DNA of 64,000 bases from an uncultured Bacteroidales bacterium (lineage in GTDB: Bacteria; Bacteroidota; Bacteroidia; Bacteroidales; UBA3824), in contig CAJOJG010000009.1 in NCBI GenBank assembly GCA_905234655.1, positions 352 through 64,351 of the forward strand. Reading direction: 5' to 3'. Numbering within the stretch: the first letter of the stretch is position 1; each line of letters opens with the position of its first letter. Positions 54,393 through 63,373 of the stretch are shown here, one piece after another. The position numbers and the translations under genes were made by a program. The notes beneath the pieces are model-generated. The model was not told the origin of the DNA. It did not search any database and saw only the letters and a program-made list of their open reading frames with translations.

Positions 54393-55556
54393 ATGAATTT
54401 TGACGAGAAAATAGTACGTCGCGGCTCCAACTGTTATAAATGGGACGTGGCAAGCGAGGACGTGATTCCGATGTGGATTGCGGACATGGACTTCAAGACC
54501 GCGCAACCGATAATCGACGCGCTACAAGAGCGTGTGGCGCACGGCGTGTTTGGCTACGTGAAGCCGCCAAAAGAATATTTCGAGGCGGTCTGCGGATGGT
54601 TTGGGACGCGGCACGGATGGCACATCGAGCCAAAAGAAATAATCTACACAAGCGGTGTCGTGCCGGCTATCTCGGCGATAATCAAGGCGTTGACGATGCC
54701 TGGCGACAGAGTTTTGCTGACGACGCCGGTCTATAACTGTTTCTTCTCCTCAATCCGCAACAACGGCTGCCAAGTGGCGACTTCAAGCCTCAAAGCCGAC
54801 GAAAACGGACGCTATTCGATTGATTTTGAGGATTTTGAGGAACAATGCAAAGACCCGAAGACGAGGGTTTTCATACTCTGCAACCCCCACAACCCGACAT
54901 CGAGGGTCTGGACACGCGACGAACTTTCGCGGATGGCGCAGATTTGCAAGGACAACGACGTTTTCGTCATCTCCGACGAAATCCACTGCGAAATTATGAT
55001 GCCCGGCTTCCAGTACACGCCGTTTGGCACGCTTGACGACAGCATCACAGGCAATTACGCCGTCTGCACCTCGCCGTCAAAAGCCTTCAACATCGCCGGC
55101 CTCCAAATCGCCAACATCATCTGCCGTTGCCCCAAGACCCGCCGCAAAATCGACCGCGCAATCAACATCAACGAGGTTTGCGACGTCAATCCATTCGGCG
55201 TAATCGCGCTTATGACAGCCTACACCGACCCGCGTTGCAAGGAGTGGCTCGACGACCTCAACGATTACATCCACGGCAACTACCTCGCCGCCAAGGAGTT
55301 AATCGAAAGGCTAATCCCAACCGCGACCATCACGCCGCAGGAAGGCACGTACCTGATGTGGGTCAATTTTCACTCGCTCGTCGAAAACTCCCACAAAATG
55401 GAGGACGGCCTGATAGCCAACGCAAAAGTTTGGGTCAACCCCGGCACATTATACGGCGACGATGGCGAACACTGCATGAGGATTAATTTGGCGACACAGC
55501 GAGATAGAGTTGTGGCAGGCGTGGAGAGAGTGTGTGAGTATTTTGGAGGAAAATGA
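54393..55556 (+). CDS. MalY/PatB-type PLP-dependent C-S lyase (class I/II aminotransferase fold)
   Basis: R.GSNCYKWD, W.ADMDF....I..AL, LCNPHNPT.RVW, SDEIH and SPSKAFN.AG (the PLP Lys). Confidence 0.8.
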   Translation: MNFDEKIVRRGSNCYKWDVASEDVIPMWIADMDFKTAQPIIDALQERVAHGVFGYVKPPKEYFEAVCGWFGTRHGWHIEPKEIIYTSGVVPAISAIIKALTMPGDRVLLTTPVYNCFFSSIRNNGCQVATSSLKADENGRYSIDFEDFEEQCKDPKTRVFILCNPHNPTSRVWTRDELSRMAQICKDNDVFVISDEIHCEIMMPGFQYTPFGTLDDSITGNYAVCTSPSKAFNIAGLQIANIICRCPKTRRKIDRAININEVCDVNPFGVIALMTAYTDPRCKEWLDDLNDYIHGNYLAAKELIERLIPTATITPQEGTYLMWVNFHSLVENSHKMEDGLIANAKVWVNPGTLYGDDGEHCMRINLATQRDRVVAGVERVCEYFGGK

Positions 55557-55561
55557 GAATG

Positions 55562-57139
55562 TCATTTGACTTTCTCCCTCTTTACACCTTCCAATTCCAC
55601 CTCATACTTGATGTCGGTTGCGTCTTTGTCATAATTGATTCCTAACAGCACAATCTCGCGCGAAAAGCGTCGGAGTTTTTTCGGATATTCCTTGCGCTTT
55701 ATCTGGTCGAGCGCGCCCTTTGCGGACTTGTCCCACTTCAATTCGACCACAATCGCAGGGAACACCGAGCCAGGAATCGGCACAAAAACCATGTCGGCAA
55801 AGCCTTTTCCCGTTGGAAATTCGCGGTAAATCTCGTAGTCGCTGATTGCGGAATAATACGCAAGTTTTATTGCGCACGCCATCGAATTTTCGTCGTTGAA
55901 CTCCCAGAACGACGTCGCCTCGCGGTGGTATTCGCCGATGGCCTTTGCGACGTACCTTTTGTCCTTGTTGATTGTGGCCTGCAAGAGCCTTGTGGATTGT
56001 TCCAACGCCATCGAGAGGTAGCTCCAGCCACAGTTGCGAAGCGAATTGCGAAACTCCTCGGCGACCTCCGTGTTGGGGATTCTGACGCTCTTTGTCTTCG
56101 GGTCGTATGACAGATAGCCGAGGTGCGCCAAGAGAGTCAGCACGTCGTTGTAATCCTTGATGTCGTGCATGTTGTTGCGGAACGAGGTGATGTCTATCAG
56201 GACGCTCTCGCCATTGAGCATTTTTGTAACAAGCGGTTTGAGATTGTCGGTGTCGTGAGAGATGTAATGCTCAATCGTCGTGTAGAGCGCGGTCTTTCCC
56301 CAATAACTTCCGTAACTTCTGTCTATCACACTGCTTGACACGGAATTAGGATTGAACATCGACTTCTCGTTGCCAATGATGTAGCCGTCGTATGAGTGTT
56401 TCATGCGCGGAAAACTCATCTTGTATTTATTGCACAAAGCCTTGACTTCGTCTTTCGTGAAACCATAATACGTGGCGGTGTTTTTCGGGTCAATGACGCT
56501 GTACTCCTTAAAATTGTTGAGCGCGGACTGTGTTTTGTATTTTATTATCGGCAAAATTCCCGTCATATAGACCAACAGGAAAAGTTTGTTTGCAATGTTG
56601 GACTTGAACATCGCCCTTAGGAAATCAACGTATTCCTCGCGCACCGGCGCCTCGTCGTCCCTAACGAGCATGTCCCATTCGTCGATGATGAGAATGAAAC
56701 GGTCGCCGGTCTTGGTGTTAATTTCAGCGAGGGCCTTGTTCAGCGATTCGTTTTCCACAAGGTCGGGGTACGATTGTTTCAAATCGGCAATTATGTCTTT
56801 TTGCGCGTCCTTGACGACAGTTTCGGGCTTGCAAGTCGCAAAACGATTCCAGTCGATGTAAATCGTCGGATACTTGTTGAGGTGCTTTTTGTAGTCGGGC
56901 GACTTGGTGATTTTGAGGCCGGCGAACAGTTCGTCCGATTTTGACGAGCGGTCATAATACGCATACGCCATTTGTGCCGCCACAGACTTGCCAAAACGCC
57001 GTGGACGGGACACACAGATATATTTGTTTGGACTGTCGATTCTCTCATTCAAAAAGTTCAACAAATCCGATTTGTCAACGAAGTCAGAGTTCCTGACACT
57101 CCTGAAATCATAATCGCCGTAGTCTATAAATTCGCTCAT
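55562..57139 (-). CDS. AAA-ATPase-like protein with a C-terminal PD-(D/E)XK nuclease-like domain (DUF1703-type family)
   Basis: F.D.S.LL.FLN........YICVSRPRRFGKS (P-loop) and ILIIDEWD. The C-terminal end has GKGFADMVF.P......A.VVELKWD.SA..AL.QI..K.Y. Confidence 0.7.
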   Translation of the reverse strand: MSEFIDYGDYDFRSVRNSDFVDKSDLLNFLNERIDSPNKYICVSRPRRFGKSVAAQMAYAYYDRSSKSDELFAGLKITKSPDYKKHLNKYPTIYIDWNRFATCKPETVVKDAQKDIIADLKQSYPDLVENESLNKALAEINTKTGDRFILIIDEWDMLVRDDEAPVREEYVDFLRAMFKSNIANKLFLLVYMTGILPIIKYKTQSALNNFKEYSVIDPKNTATYYGFTKDEVKALCNKYKMSFPRMKHSYDGYIIGNEKSMFNPNSVSSSVIDRSYGSYWGKTALYTTIEHYISHDTDNLKPLVTKMLNGESVLIDITSFRNNMHDIKDYNDVLTLLAHLGYLSYDPKTKSVRIPNTEVAEEFRNSLRNCGWSYLSMALEQSTRLLQATINKDKRYVAKAIGEYHREATSFWEFNDENSMACAIKLAYYSAISDYEIYREFPTGKGFADMVFVPIPGSVFPAIVVELKWDKSAKGALDQIKRKEYPKKLRRFSREIVLLGINYDKDATDIKYEVELEGVKREKVK

Positions 57140-57151
57140 AATTGTCCGCTT

Positions 57152-57301
57152 TTAATTGTCCATGCGAAGCGTGGGTTTGCCTTGCTCAAGGTCGCGGACA
57201 AAACACAAGCCGGCACCCGATTTCATCGCCAATTGCTGTTGAGTAAGACCGTTTTCCTTTCGTAACGTCTTGACTACCAATGATAATTTGGTCCTTTGCA
57301 T
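57152..57301 (-). CDS. 49-aa XRE-family helix-turn-helix protein (absent from the ORF track)
   Basis: Encodes MQRTKLSLVVKTLRKENGLTQQQLAMKSGAGLCFVRDLEQGKPTLRMDN. The classic HTH_3 pattern is LR...GLTQ..LA...G.....V...E.GK. The stop is 12 nt before the ATPase start. Confidence 0.65.
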   Translation of the reverse strand: MQRTKLSLVVKTLRKENGLTQQQLAMKSGAGLCFVRDLEQGKPTLRMDN

Positions 57302-57324
57302 CCTGTTTTATATTAGTTCGGATG

Positions 57325-57332
57325 CAAAATTA
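57325..57332 (-). promoter_or_regulatory. -7 promoter box TAATTTTG for the HTH-ATPase pair
   Basis: Reverse complement of CAAAATTA, 24 nt upstream of the ATG at 57301. Confidence 0.4.
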
Positions 57333-57386
57333 CATATTTTTCATCAATTTATATCACATCGGATATATTAAAAAAAAAATTTCGGT

Positions 57387-59279
57387 CTATTTCCCCATAA
57401 AATTTTCCTCGTAATATTCCACAAACGCCTCCGAAACCCTCTTGACACCGGCGGGCGTGGGGTAATCGCCGCTGAAATACCAGTCGCCGGAATGGTTGGG
57501 GATGGCGGCGTGTAGGCCGTCGATGGTCTGGAAAACAATCTCAATTTCGGCACTAACGTCCGACGGGCGAAGCAATTCAACAATCTTGCGGCTGATGTCG
57601 TCGTCAGAAAAACCGGCGTAGATGTCCTTCACATAATTTTGCATCGAGGTCTTGGGCAAGTTGCGCTGGGCGAGGCACTTGTCATAGACGCTGCGTATGA
57701 TGTCGAGTTCGCCACGGTCGCGGCGCAATTCTATCGCCGCCTTGAACGCAATGAACTCGCTCAGGTGGCTCATGTCGATGCCATAGTAATCGGGGTAACG
57801 GATTTGGGGCGCGCTACTTACAATCACAATCTTCTTCGGGTGAAGGCGGTCGAGGATGCGGATTACGCTCTCGCGCAGCGTCGTGCCGCGCACAATGGAA
57901 TCGTCGATGATTACAAGATTGTCCCCGCAGGGGCGCAGGCTGCCGTAGGTGATGTCATAGACGTGGGCGGCAAGGTCGTTGCGGGAATTGTTTTCGGTGA
58001 TGAAAGTGCGCAGTTTGATGTCTTTGAGCGCAACTTTTTCGCTGCGGATGTAGGTGTGGCAAATAGCCTCCAACTCGTCCCGCGTCGGCGCGTGTCCGAG
58101 CGCGAGGATTTGGTCTATCTTCTTGTCGTGGTGGTACTTGTTGAAACCTTCAAGCATCCCGTAATACGCGACTTCGGCGGTGTTTGGGATGAACGAAAAC
58201 ACGGTGTTTTTGATGTCGTAATTGATGGCTCTGAGGATGGGATTGACGAGCAATTCGCCCAACGCCTTGCGCTCGCGGTATATCTCGGCGTCGGACCCAC
58301 GGCTAAAATATATCCTCTCAAACGAACACGACTTCTTCTCGCCGGGCGTCCTGAGATTGGCGACCACGACCTCGCCGCTGCGGCTGATGGTGATTGCGTC
58401 GCCGGGCATAAGTTCCTGCACGTCATCGACTTCGAGATTGAATGTGGTCTGGATTACTGGACGTTCAGACGCCAAGACCACAATCTCGTCGTCCTTATAA
58501 TAATACGCAGGGCGGATTCCCCACGGGTCGCGAACCGCAAAACACTCGCCGCTGCCCGTAAAACCGCACATCACGTACCCGCCGTCCCAGTTTTTGGACG
58601 AATCCTTGAGCATTTTGCGGATTTGGCGGTGGATGTTGTCGTCGATGTATTTGGTAACGTCAACGCCGGAAAGGTTGCAGCACCGCGCCTCGTCAAAGAG
58701 CCGCTCGCTCTCGCAGTCGAGCCGGTGGCCGAGTTGTTCGAGGATGATGTAAGTGTCTGACTTAAAGCGTGGATACTGTCCCTCTGCGGCTATCTCGTCG
58801 AAGATTTCCTCAAAATTCGCCATATTGAAATTGCCGCAGATGCAGAGGTTTCGCGCCCGCCAGTTGTTGCGCCGGGCAAACGGGTGGACGTAATCCAAGC
58901 CGCTCTTGCCCGTGGTAGAGTACCTCAAATGCCCGAGGTAAATCTCGCCGACAAATTTCTTGTTTTTGCGCACATAGTCAACGTCGCGTTCCTGAGCGGG
59001 CGTGAGGTCGCCGAAATTGGAATTGACGGTATGGAAAATGTCGGTGATTGCGCCCGCGCCGAGCGCCCTCTCGCGAAACATGTATTCCTCGCCCGGCTCG
59101 CAGTCGAGTTTGAGACAGCCGATTCCCGCCGCCTCCTGGCCACGGTTGTGCTGTTTTTCCATCATCAAGTAGAGCTTGTTCAATGGGTAACGCCACGTGC
59201 CGTACTTCTCCTGAAAGTACTCCAAGGGCTTCAACAGGCGTATCATCGCCACGCCACATTCGTGTTTCAAAGGTTCCAT
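57387..59279 (-). CDS. purF: Amidophosphoribosyltransferase, long Bacteroidetes form (class II GATase + PRTase)
   Basis: MEPLKHECGVAMI (N-terminal Cys nucleophile after a short propeptide), NRGQEAAG, HLRYST.G and a PRPP-binding loop VIIDDSIVRGTT. Confidence 0.85.
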   Translation of the reverse strand: MEPLKHECGVAMIRLLKPLEYFQEKYGTWRYPLNKLYLMMEKQHNRGQEAAGIGCLKLDCEPGEEYMFRERALGAGAITDIFHTVNSNFGDLTPAQERDVDYVRKNKKFVGEIYLGHLRYSTTGKSGLDYVHPFARRNNWRARNLCICGNFNMANFEEIFDEIAAEGQYPRFKSDTYIILEQLGHRLDCESERLFDEARCCNLSGVDVTKYIDDNIHRQIRKMLKDSSKNWDGGYVMCGFTGSGECFAVRDPWGIRPAYYYKDDEIVVLASERPVIQTTFNLEVDDVQELMPGDAITISRSGEVVVANLRTPGEKKSCSFERIYFSRGSDAEIYRERKALGELLVNPILRAINYDIKNTVFSFIPNTAEVAYYGMLEGFNKYHHDKKIDQILALGHAPTRDELEAICHTYIRSEKVALKDIKLRTFITENNSRNDLAAHVYDITYGSLRPCGDNLVIIDDSIVRGTTLRESVIRILDRLHPKKIVIVSSAPQIRYPDYYGIDMSHLSEFIAFKAAIELRRDRGELDIIRSVYDKCLAQRNLPKTSMQNYVKDIYAGFSDDDISRKIVELLRPSDVSAEIEIVFQTIDGLHAAIPNHSGDWYFSGDYPTPAGVKRVSEAFVEYYEENFMGK

Positions 59280-59352
59280 TTGCAGTGATTGTTTACGTCT
59301 GCAAAATTATCAAAATAATGGATGGAAAACGGTACGTGAAATGCGTAAAAGA

Positions 59353-59754
59353 TTAGTCCTTGTCCATCAACATCCTTATCGCCGCAATAAATGCATCCGC
59401 CTTCGGGCGGTAGTCCATGATTTCTTCCCTTGTAGCCAAAAAAGCGACGTTGTAATCCGCCCTGCCCCGCAAAGTCTCCAACTGCGAGAAAATGTGCGAA
59501 ATCTCAGGGTCAATTTTGCCTGTAACAACGTATTGCTGACCAAGAACCGCTTTCGCACCACGATGCGATTTGATTGGATGTCCATCTTTCACAAACAATG
59601 CACTAACTGCATAGAATACAGCATAATATATCCTATTGGCTGCATTGTTCCAACCTTCACACGCAATCGCATTGTCTGCATCGGTAAGTGCTTCCTCACA
59701 ACGCTCCCAATACATTTTGACGAGCGTTTCCCTGTCAATATCTTTAAGACCCAT
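59353..59754 (-). CDS. HEPN-domain protein (toxin component of a HEPN/nucleotidyltransferase pair)
   Basis: 133 aa, helical, with A...L..A......G.W..A..R.YYA.F.A..ALL and L...R..ADY. It overlaps the upstream MNT gene by 11 nt. Confidence 0.7.
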   Translation of the reverse strand: MGLKDIDRETLVKMYWERCEEALTDADNAIACEGWNNAANRIYYAVFYAVSALFVKDGHPIKSHRGAKAVLGQQYVVTGKIDPEISHIFSQLETLRGRADYNVAFLATREEIMDYRPKADAFIAAIRMLMDKD

Positions 59755-60067
59755 ATATCACTTTTTTATCTTCTTCAACATTCTGATGGTACGGCGTTAT
59801 CCGGCATTTTTCCCAATCCTTATAGGTGTAAATCTGCGGGCTGACATCGGCTTTGTGCAGCCACCCGTAATACATGAACGAGTACGCATACTTGTCGAAA
59901 TCGTCGTCCGTAACCTTGTCAGTATCAAGCAACACCAACAAATCCCAATCGGAATTAGGGCCATTGTCGCCACGCGCACGAGAGCCATAGAGCCAAACCT
60001 TGCTGCCCGGCACCATCGTCTTGCTCGCAAAATCGCGAAGCATGTCTATTGTAAGTTCGCTTTCCAT
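59744..60067 (-). CDS. Minimal nucleotidyltransferase (MNT) domain protein, cognate antitoxin
   Basis: Contains V.LYGSRARGD....SDWDLLVLLD, the pol-beta-type GS...D.D motif. Confidence 0.75.
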   Translation of the reverse strand: MESELTIDMLRDFASKTMVPGSKVWLYGSRARGDNGPNSDWDLLVLLDTDKVTDDDFDKYAYSFMYYGWLHKADVSPQIYTYKDWEKCRITPYHQNVEEDKKVIYGS

Positions 60068-60072
60068 GGTTA

Positions 60073-60498
60073 TTATGTTGTTGCGTTATGCATAAAAAAA
60101 TAGTTCAAAAACTCAAGCGGCGTCATATACGGAATGTTGCAAAATTCCTTATAATCATCTGTATCACTGGTAACTATTATATCACAACCTTCCGACAGCG
60201 CACAGCAATACTGCAACATATCTTCAAAATCTTTTACCTTGTGCGTCAGCGCATATCCCAACTGCATACTATCACAAGATATTACATTGACATCCTCATA
60301 CAAAGCATTTAAAATTTCATACCTCTCGTCCTGCGATGAATGTCTCAGAATGTAATTCATATTCGCATACGAAAGATACGACGCATAAAGATCTACATAC
60401 CCCAACCCACCGAGTTGGAAAATTGCATCGGCATACTCAAATCCACTGCGCACTTGACCATAGTCAAGCAAAACATTCGTGTCAAGAAAAACTTTCAT
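60073..60498 (-). CDS. PIN-domain ribonuclease toxin (VapC-like)
   Basis: MKVFLDTNVLLDY (first acidic residue), later acidic residues, and a terminal ..IVTSDTDDY pattern. Confidence 0.7.
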   Translation of the reverse strand: MKVFLDTNVLLDYGQVRSGFEYADAIFQLGGLGYVDLYASYLSYANMNYILRHSSQDERYEILNALYEDVNVISCDSMQLGYALTHKVKDFEDMLQYCCALSEGCDIIVTSDTDDYKEFCNIPYMTPLEFLNYFFMHNATT

Positions 60499-60812
60499 AC
60501 GCCTAGCAAATAACGTGTCTTTTCGTCATTCAAGTCAACATATTCCGCAGCCTTGCGCCTCAATTCCAAGAGCCTCTGTGTCTTGGGACTGCACGGAAGT
60601 TCCTTGATTTTTTCCGACAAATTTTTTATCGTCTCGTCAGAAATATCGTCTTCTCGCTGAAAATCAACCTGTTTCGCACCTGACTTTGGTGTCGCAATCA
60701 GACTGATTATGTATCTGACCACGGCAAACTTTTCCTGTTCCGACATTTCGGAAATCATTCCCGCATACGGTGCCATCGGCGTTGATTCTATATTTAACGT
60801 TCCTGTGTGCAT
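60495..60812 (-). CDS. Putative antitoxin of the PIN toxin (family not recognised)
   Basis: 4-nt ATGA overlap with the PIN start. The start was chosen at M8 of the ORF (60812), because the -7 box at 60836-60843 would place the transcription start downstream of the ORF-maximum ATG (60833). Confidence 0.45.
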   Translation of the reverse strand: MHTGTLNIESTPMAPYAGMISEMSEQEKFAVVRYIISLIATPKSGAKQVDFQREDDISDETIKNLSEKIKELPCSPKTQRLLELRRKAAEYVDLNDEKTRYLLGV

Positions 60813-60835
60813 AATTACAATATTTTTTCTCACCG

Positions 60836-60843
60836 CAAATATA
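60836..60843 (-). promoter_or_regulatory. -7 promoter box TATATTTG inside a 21-nt cassette TTATATTTGCGGTGAGAAAAA
   Basis: The plus strand TTTTTCTCACCGCAAATATAA occurs identically at about 60825-60845 and 61527-61547. Confidence 0.5.
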
Positions 60844-60879
60844 AATAATTCTTCAGAAAATCAAAAACATATTCCGCCG

Positions 60880-61230
60880 TTAAGAATCCATTGACAACAA
60901 ATATTCTGTTACATGTTTTTCCAACTCGGGCAAATCATCTTTGATCACCGACCAAAGAATGTCGTCGTTTATCTGAAAATAATCATGGACAAGGATGTGG
61001 CGCATCTTTTCAATCAAACGCCACGGCACTTCTTGGTGAGTTCCCTTGAAATCTGCCGATAGTTTATAAACCGCCACGCCCACAATCTGGACATTATAGA
61101 TTGTGGCGTAAAGACGCAATTTGTCATGCCTAAAATCCTCGAACTCGCTTTCACCGACAAATTCTTTTACGTGTGCTATGGCTTCAACAATATGTTCAAG
61201 CCGCCCTTTGTCCCTAACCTTTTCTCTCAT
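60880..61230 (-). CDS. HepT-like (DUF86) HEPN ribonuclease toxin
   Basis: Contains the RX4HXY motif (MRHILVHDY) and typical L.HI...I..V..F flanks. 116 aa. Confidence 0.8.
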   Translation of the reverse strand: MREKVRDKGRLEHIVEAIAHVKEFVGESEFEDFRHDKLRLYATIYNVQIVGVAVYKLSADFKGTHQEVPWRLIEKMRHILVHDYFQINDDILWSVIKDDLPELEKHVTEYLLSMDS

Positions 61231-61519
61231 ACACTAAAATTTTGTCATGTTCTGCGGATTCGCGGGCAAAAGGCAGCAAGTCGCCGTCAACAACAAGGTC
61301 AACAGGACGGTGAAGTATCTCTTCGAGGTCAATTATCATACCGAAAAAGCCAAGTCCCATTCTCGTCCCCGGCACAAAACTGACCATAATGTCGATGTCG
61401 CTGCCTGCGTTTTCTTCACCACGCGCATACGACCCGAACACCCACGCCTTGCTGATGGGCTTGTCCTGAAAATATTTTGCAATGCTATGTCTTACATGCT
61501 GGTTCATAAAAAACACCAT
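61214..61519 (-). CDS. MntA-like nucleotidyltransferase antitoxin
   Basis: Contains VFGSYARGEE...SDIDIMV. It overlaps the HepT gene by 17 nt. Confidence 0.8.
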   Translation of the reverse strand: MVFFMNQHVRHSIAKYFQDKPISKAWVFGSYARGEENAGSDIDIMVSFVPGTRMGLGFFGMIIDLEEILHRPVDLVVDGDLLPFARESAEHDKILVYERKG

Positions 61520-61537
61520 TGGTTATTTTTCTCACCG

Positions 61538-61545
61538 CAAATATA
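61538..61545 (-). promoter_or_regulatory. -7 promoter box TATATTTG (second copy of the 21-nt cassette)
   Basis: Lies 19 nt upstream of the ATG at 61519. The flanks are identical to the copy at 60836. Confidence 0.5.
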
Positions 61546-61606
61546 ATCCAACCCGACGGATAATCAAAATATTTTGAAAATAATTTTACACACTGAAAAA
61601 ATAATG

Positions 61607-61614
61607 TAAATTTG
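61607..61614 (+). promoter_or_regulatory. -7 promoter box TAAATTTG
   Basis: TAnnTTTG match 30 nt upstream of the ATG at 61644. Confidence 0.45.
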
Positions 61615-61643
61615 CAGTCGTAATAACCCGCAAAAAAATCAAC

Positions 61644-62042
61644 ATGGAACAGAAGGATCCGATATTAGAGGCACGACGCTACCTCGACAACGCCAAAGAG
61701 ATTTTGCGCGACAAGGCTGTCAAGGAAGACAACTTCTACCAGGACAGCAAATACGTGAAACTCGCCGGACACGCAATGTGGACCGGATGCATGATTGCGC
61801 TCGACTACGCGCTGGGAATCAAGAAACAACGCTGCCGCCGCAAGGACATCGACGACTACAAAGCCGCCGCCGCAAAAGTCAATAAAAAATTGCTCAACTA
61901 TGTTGAATCGGGTTACAACATTATATACATGGGAATGGGATACGATGGTGAGAAAAAGGCAACCATCGTCGATATATGCATCGAAACAATGAATTATATC
62001 ATCGACTGGTGCGAACACAGGATGCAAAACAATGCCGCCTAA
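61644..62042 (+). CDS. Small helical protein (DUF5618-like, possibly a HEPN-like four-helix bundle)
   Basis: 132 aa. ARRYLDNAKEIL.....E...Y.D.KYVK.AGH..W.G...ALD. The family name is from memory only. Confidence 0.45.
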   Translation: MEQKDPILEARRYLDNAKEILRDKAVKEDNFYQDSKYVKLAGHAMWTGCMIALDYALGIKKQRCRRKDIDDYKAAAAKVNKKLLNYVESGYNIIYMGMGYDGEKKATIVDICIETMNYIIDWCEHRMQNNAA

Positions 62043-62063
62043 AAATTAATAATCAACAAAAAA

Positions 62064-63341
62064 ATGACCGAATACAAAATCAACACAAAATGTGTGCAGG
62101 CCGGCTACACGCCCGGCAACGGCGAACCACGCCAGATTCCAATCGTCCAATCTACGACCTTCAAGTACAACACGTCGGAAGACATGGGCAAACTATTCGA
62201 CCTCGAAGCGTCGGGCTACTTCTACACCCGCCTTCAAAACCCCACCAACGACTACGTAGCCGCCAAAATCGCAGCCCTCGAAGGCGGCACGGCGGCGATG
62301 CTCACCTCGTCGGGACAGGCCGCCAACTTCTTCGCGCTCTTCAACATCTGCGAATGCGGCAGCCACATCGTGTCGTCGTCGTCGATATACGGCGGCACAT
62401 TCAACCTCATATCCGTAACGATGGCCAAGATGGGCATCACGGTAACATTCGTGGACCCCGACTGCACCGACGACGAACTCAACGCCGCCTTCCAGGACAA
62501 CACCCGCGCTGTCTTCGGCGAGACCATCGCAAACCCCGCCCTCACAGTCCTCGACATCGAGCGTTTTGCAAAAGCCGCCCACGCGCACGGCGTGCCGCTC
62601 ATCGTTGACAACACCTTCCCCACCCCCGTCAACTGCCGCCCGATCGAATGGGGCGCGGACATCGTAACCCACTCTACCACAAAATACATGGACGGACACG
62701 GCGCGGCAGTCGGCGGCTGCATCGTGGATTCGGGCAAGTTTGACTGGATGGCGCACGCCGACAAGTTTCCCGGACTCTGCACCCCCGACGATTCCTACCA
62801 CGGCATCACCTACGCCGAAAAGTTTGGCAACGGCGGCGCATTCATCACCAAAGCCACCGCCCAACTCATGCGCGACTTCGGCAGCATACAAAGCCCCCAA
62901 AACGCCTTCATACTCAACCTCGGCCTCGAATCCCTTCACGTCCGCATGCCGCGCCACGTCGAAAACGGACAGGCCGTCGCCGAGTTCCTCGAAAACCACC
63001 CCAAGGTCGAAAAAGTCAACTATTCAGGACTGAAATCCGACAAATACTACCACACCGCCCAAAAATACCTGCCCAACGGCGGCTGCGGCGTGGTGTCGTT
63101 TGTAATCAAAGGCGGACGCGCCGCAGCCGAGGCGTTCATGAAAAAACTTCGCCTCGCCGCCATCGAGACCCACGTCGCCGACGCCCGCACGTGCTGCCTC
63201 AACCCCGCCACATCCACCCACCGCCAGATGACCGAAGCCCAACTCGAAGCCGCCGGCATCCCCGCCGGCCTCGTCCGCATGTCATGCGGCTTGGAAGACA
63301 AGGAAGACCTGATTCAGGACATCAGACAGGCGTTGGAATAA
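62064..63341 (+). CDS. metY: O-acetylhomoserine (thiol)-lyase / O-acetylhomoserine aminocarboxypropyltransferase
   Basis: T..V.AGY.P.....R...VPI.QSTTF, YTR..NPT, HSTTKYMDGHG (PLP Lys) and GG..S..IKGG. Confidence 0.85.
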   Translation: MTEYKINTKCVQAGYTPGNGEPRQIPIVQSTTFKYNTSEDMGKLFDLEASGYFYTRLQNPTNDYVAAKIAALEGGTAAMLTSSGQAANFFALFNICECGSHIVSSSSIYGGTFNLISVTMAKMGITVTFVDPDCTDDELNAAFQDNTRAVFGETIANPALTVLDIERFAKAAHAHGVPLIVDNTFPTPVNCRPIEWGADIVTHSTTKYMDGHGAAVGGCIVDSGKFDWMAHADKFPGLCTPDDSYHGITYAEKFGNGGAFITKATAQLMRDFGSIQSPQNAFILNLGLESLHVRMPRHVENGQAVAEFLENHPKVEKVNYSGLKSDKYYHTAQKYLPNGGCGVVSFVIKGGRAAAEAFMKKLRLAAIETHVADARTCCLNPATSTHRQMTEAQLEAAGIPAGLVRMSCGLEDKEDLIQDIRQALE

Positions 63342-63373
63342 GAATTGCTTTTATGACATTTTCACGATAAAAA

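Noticed and set aside
57639-58760. 373-aa plus-strand ORF
   Set aside because: It is antisense to the purF-type gene.
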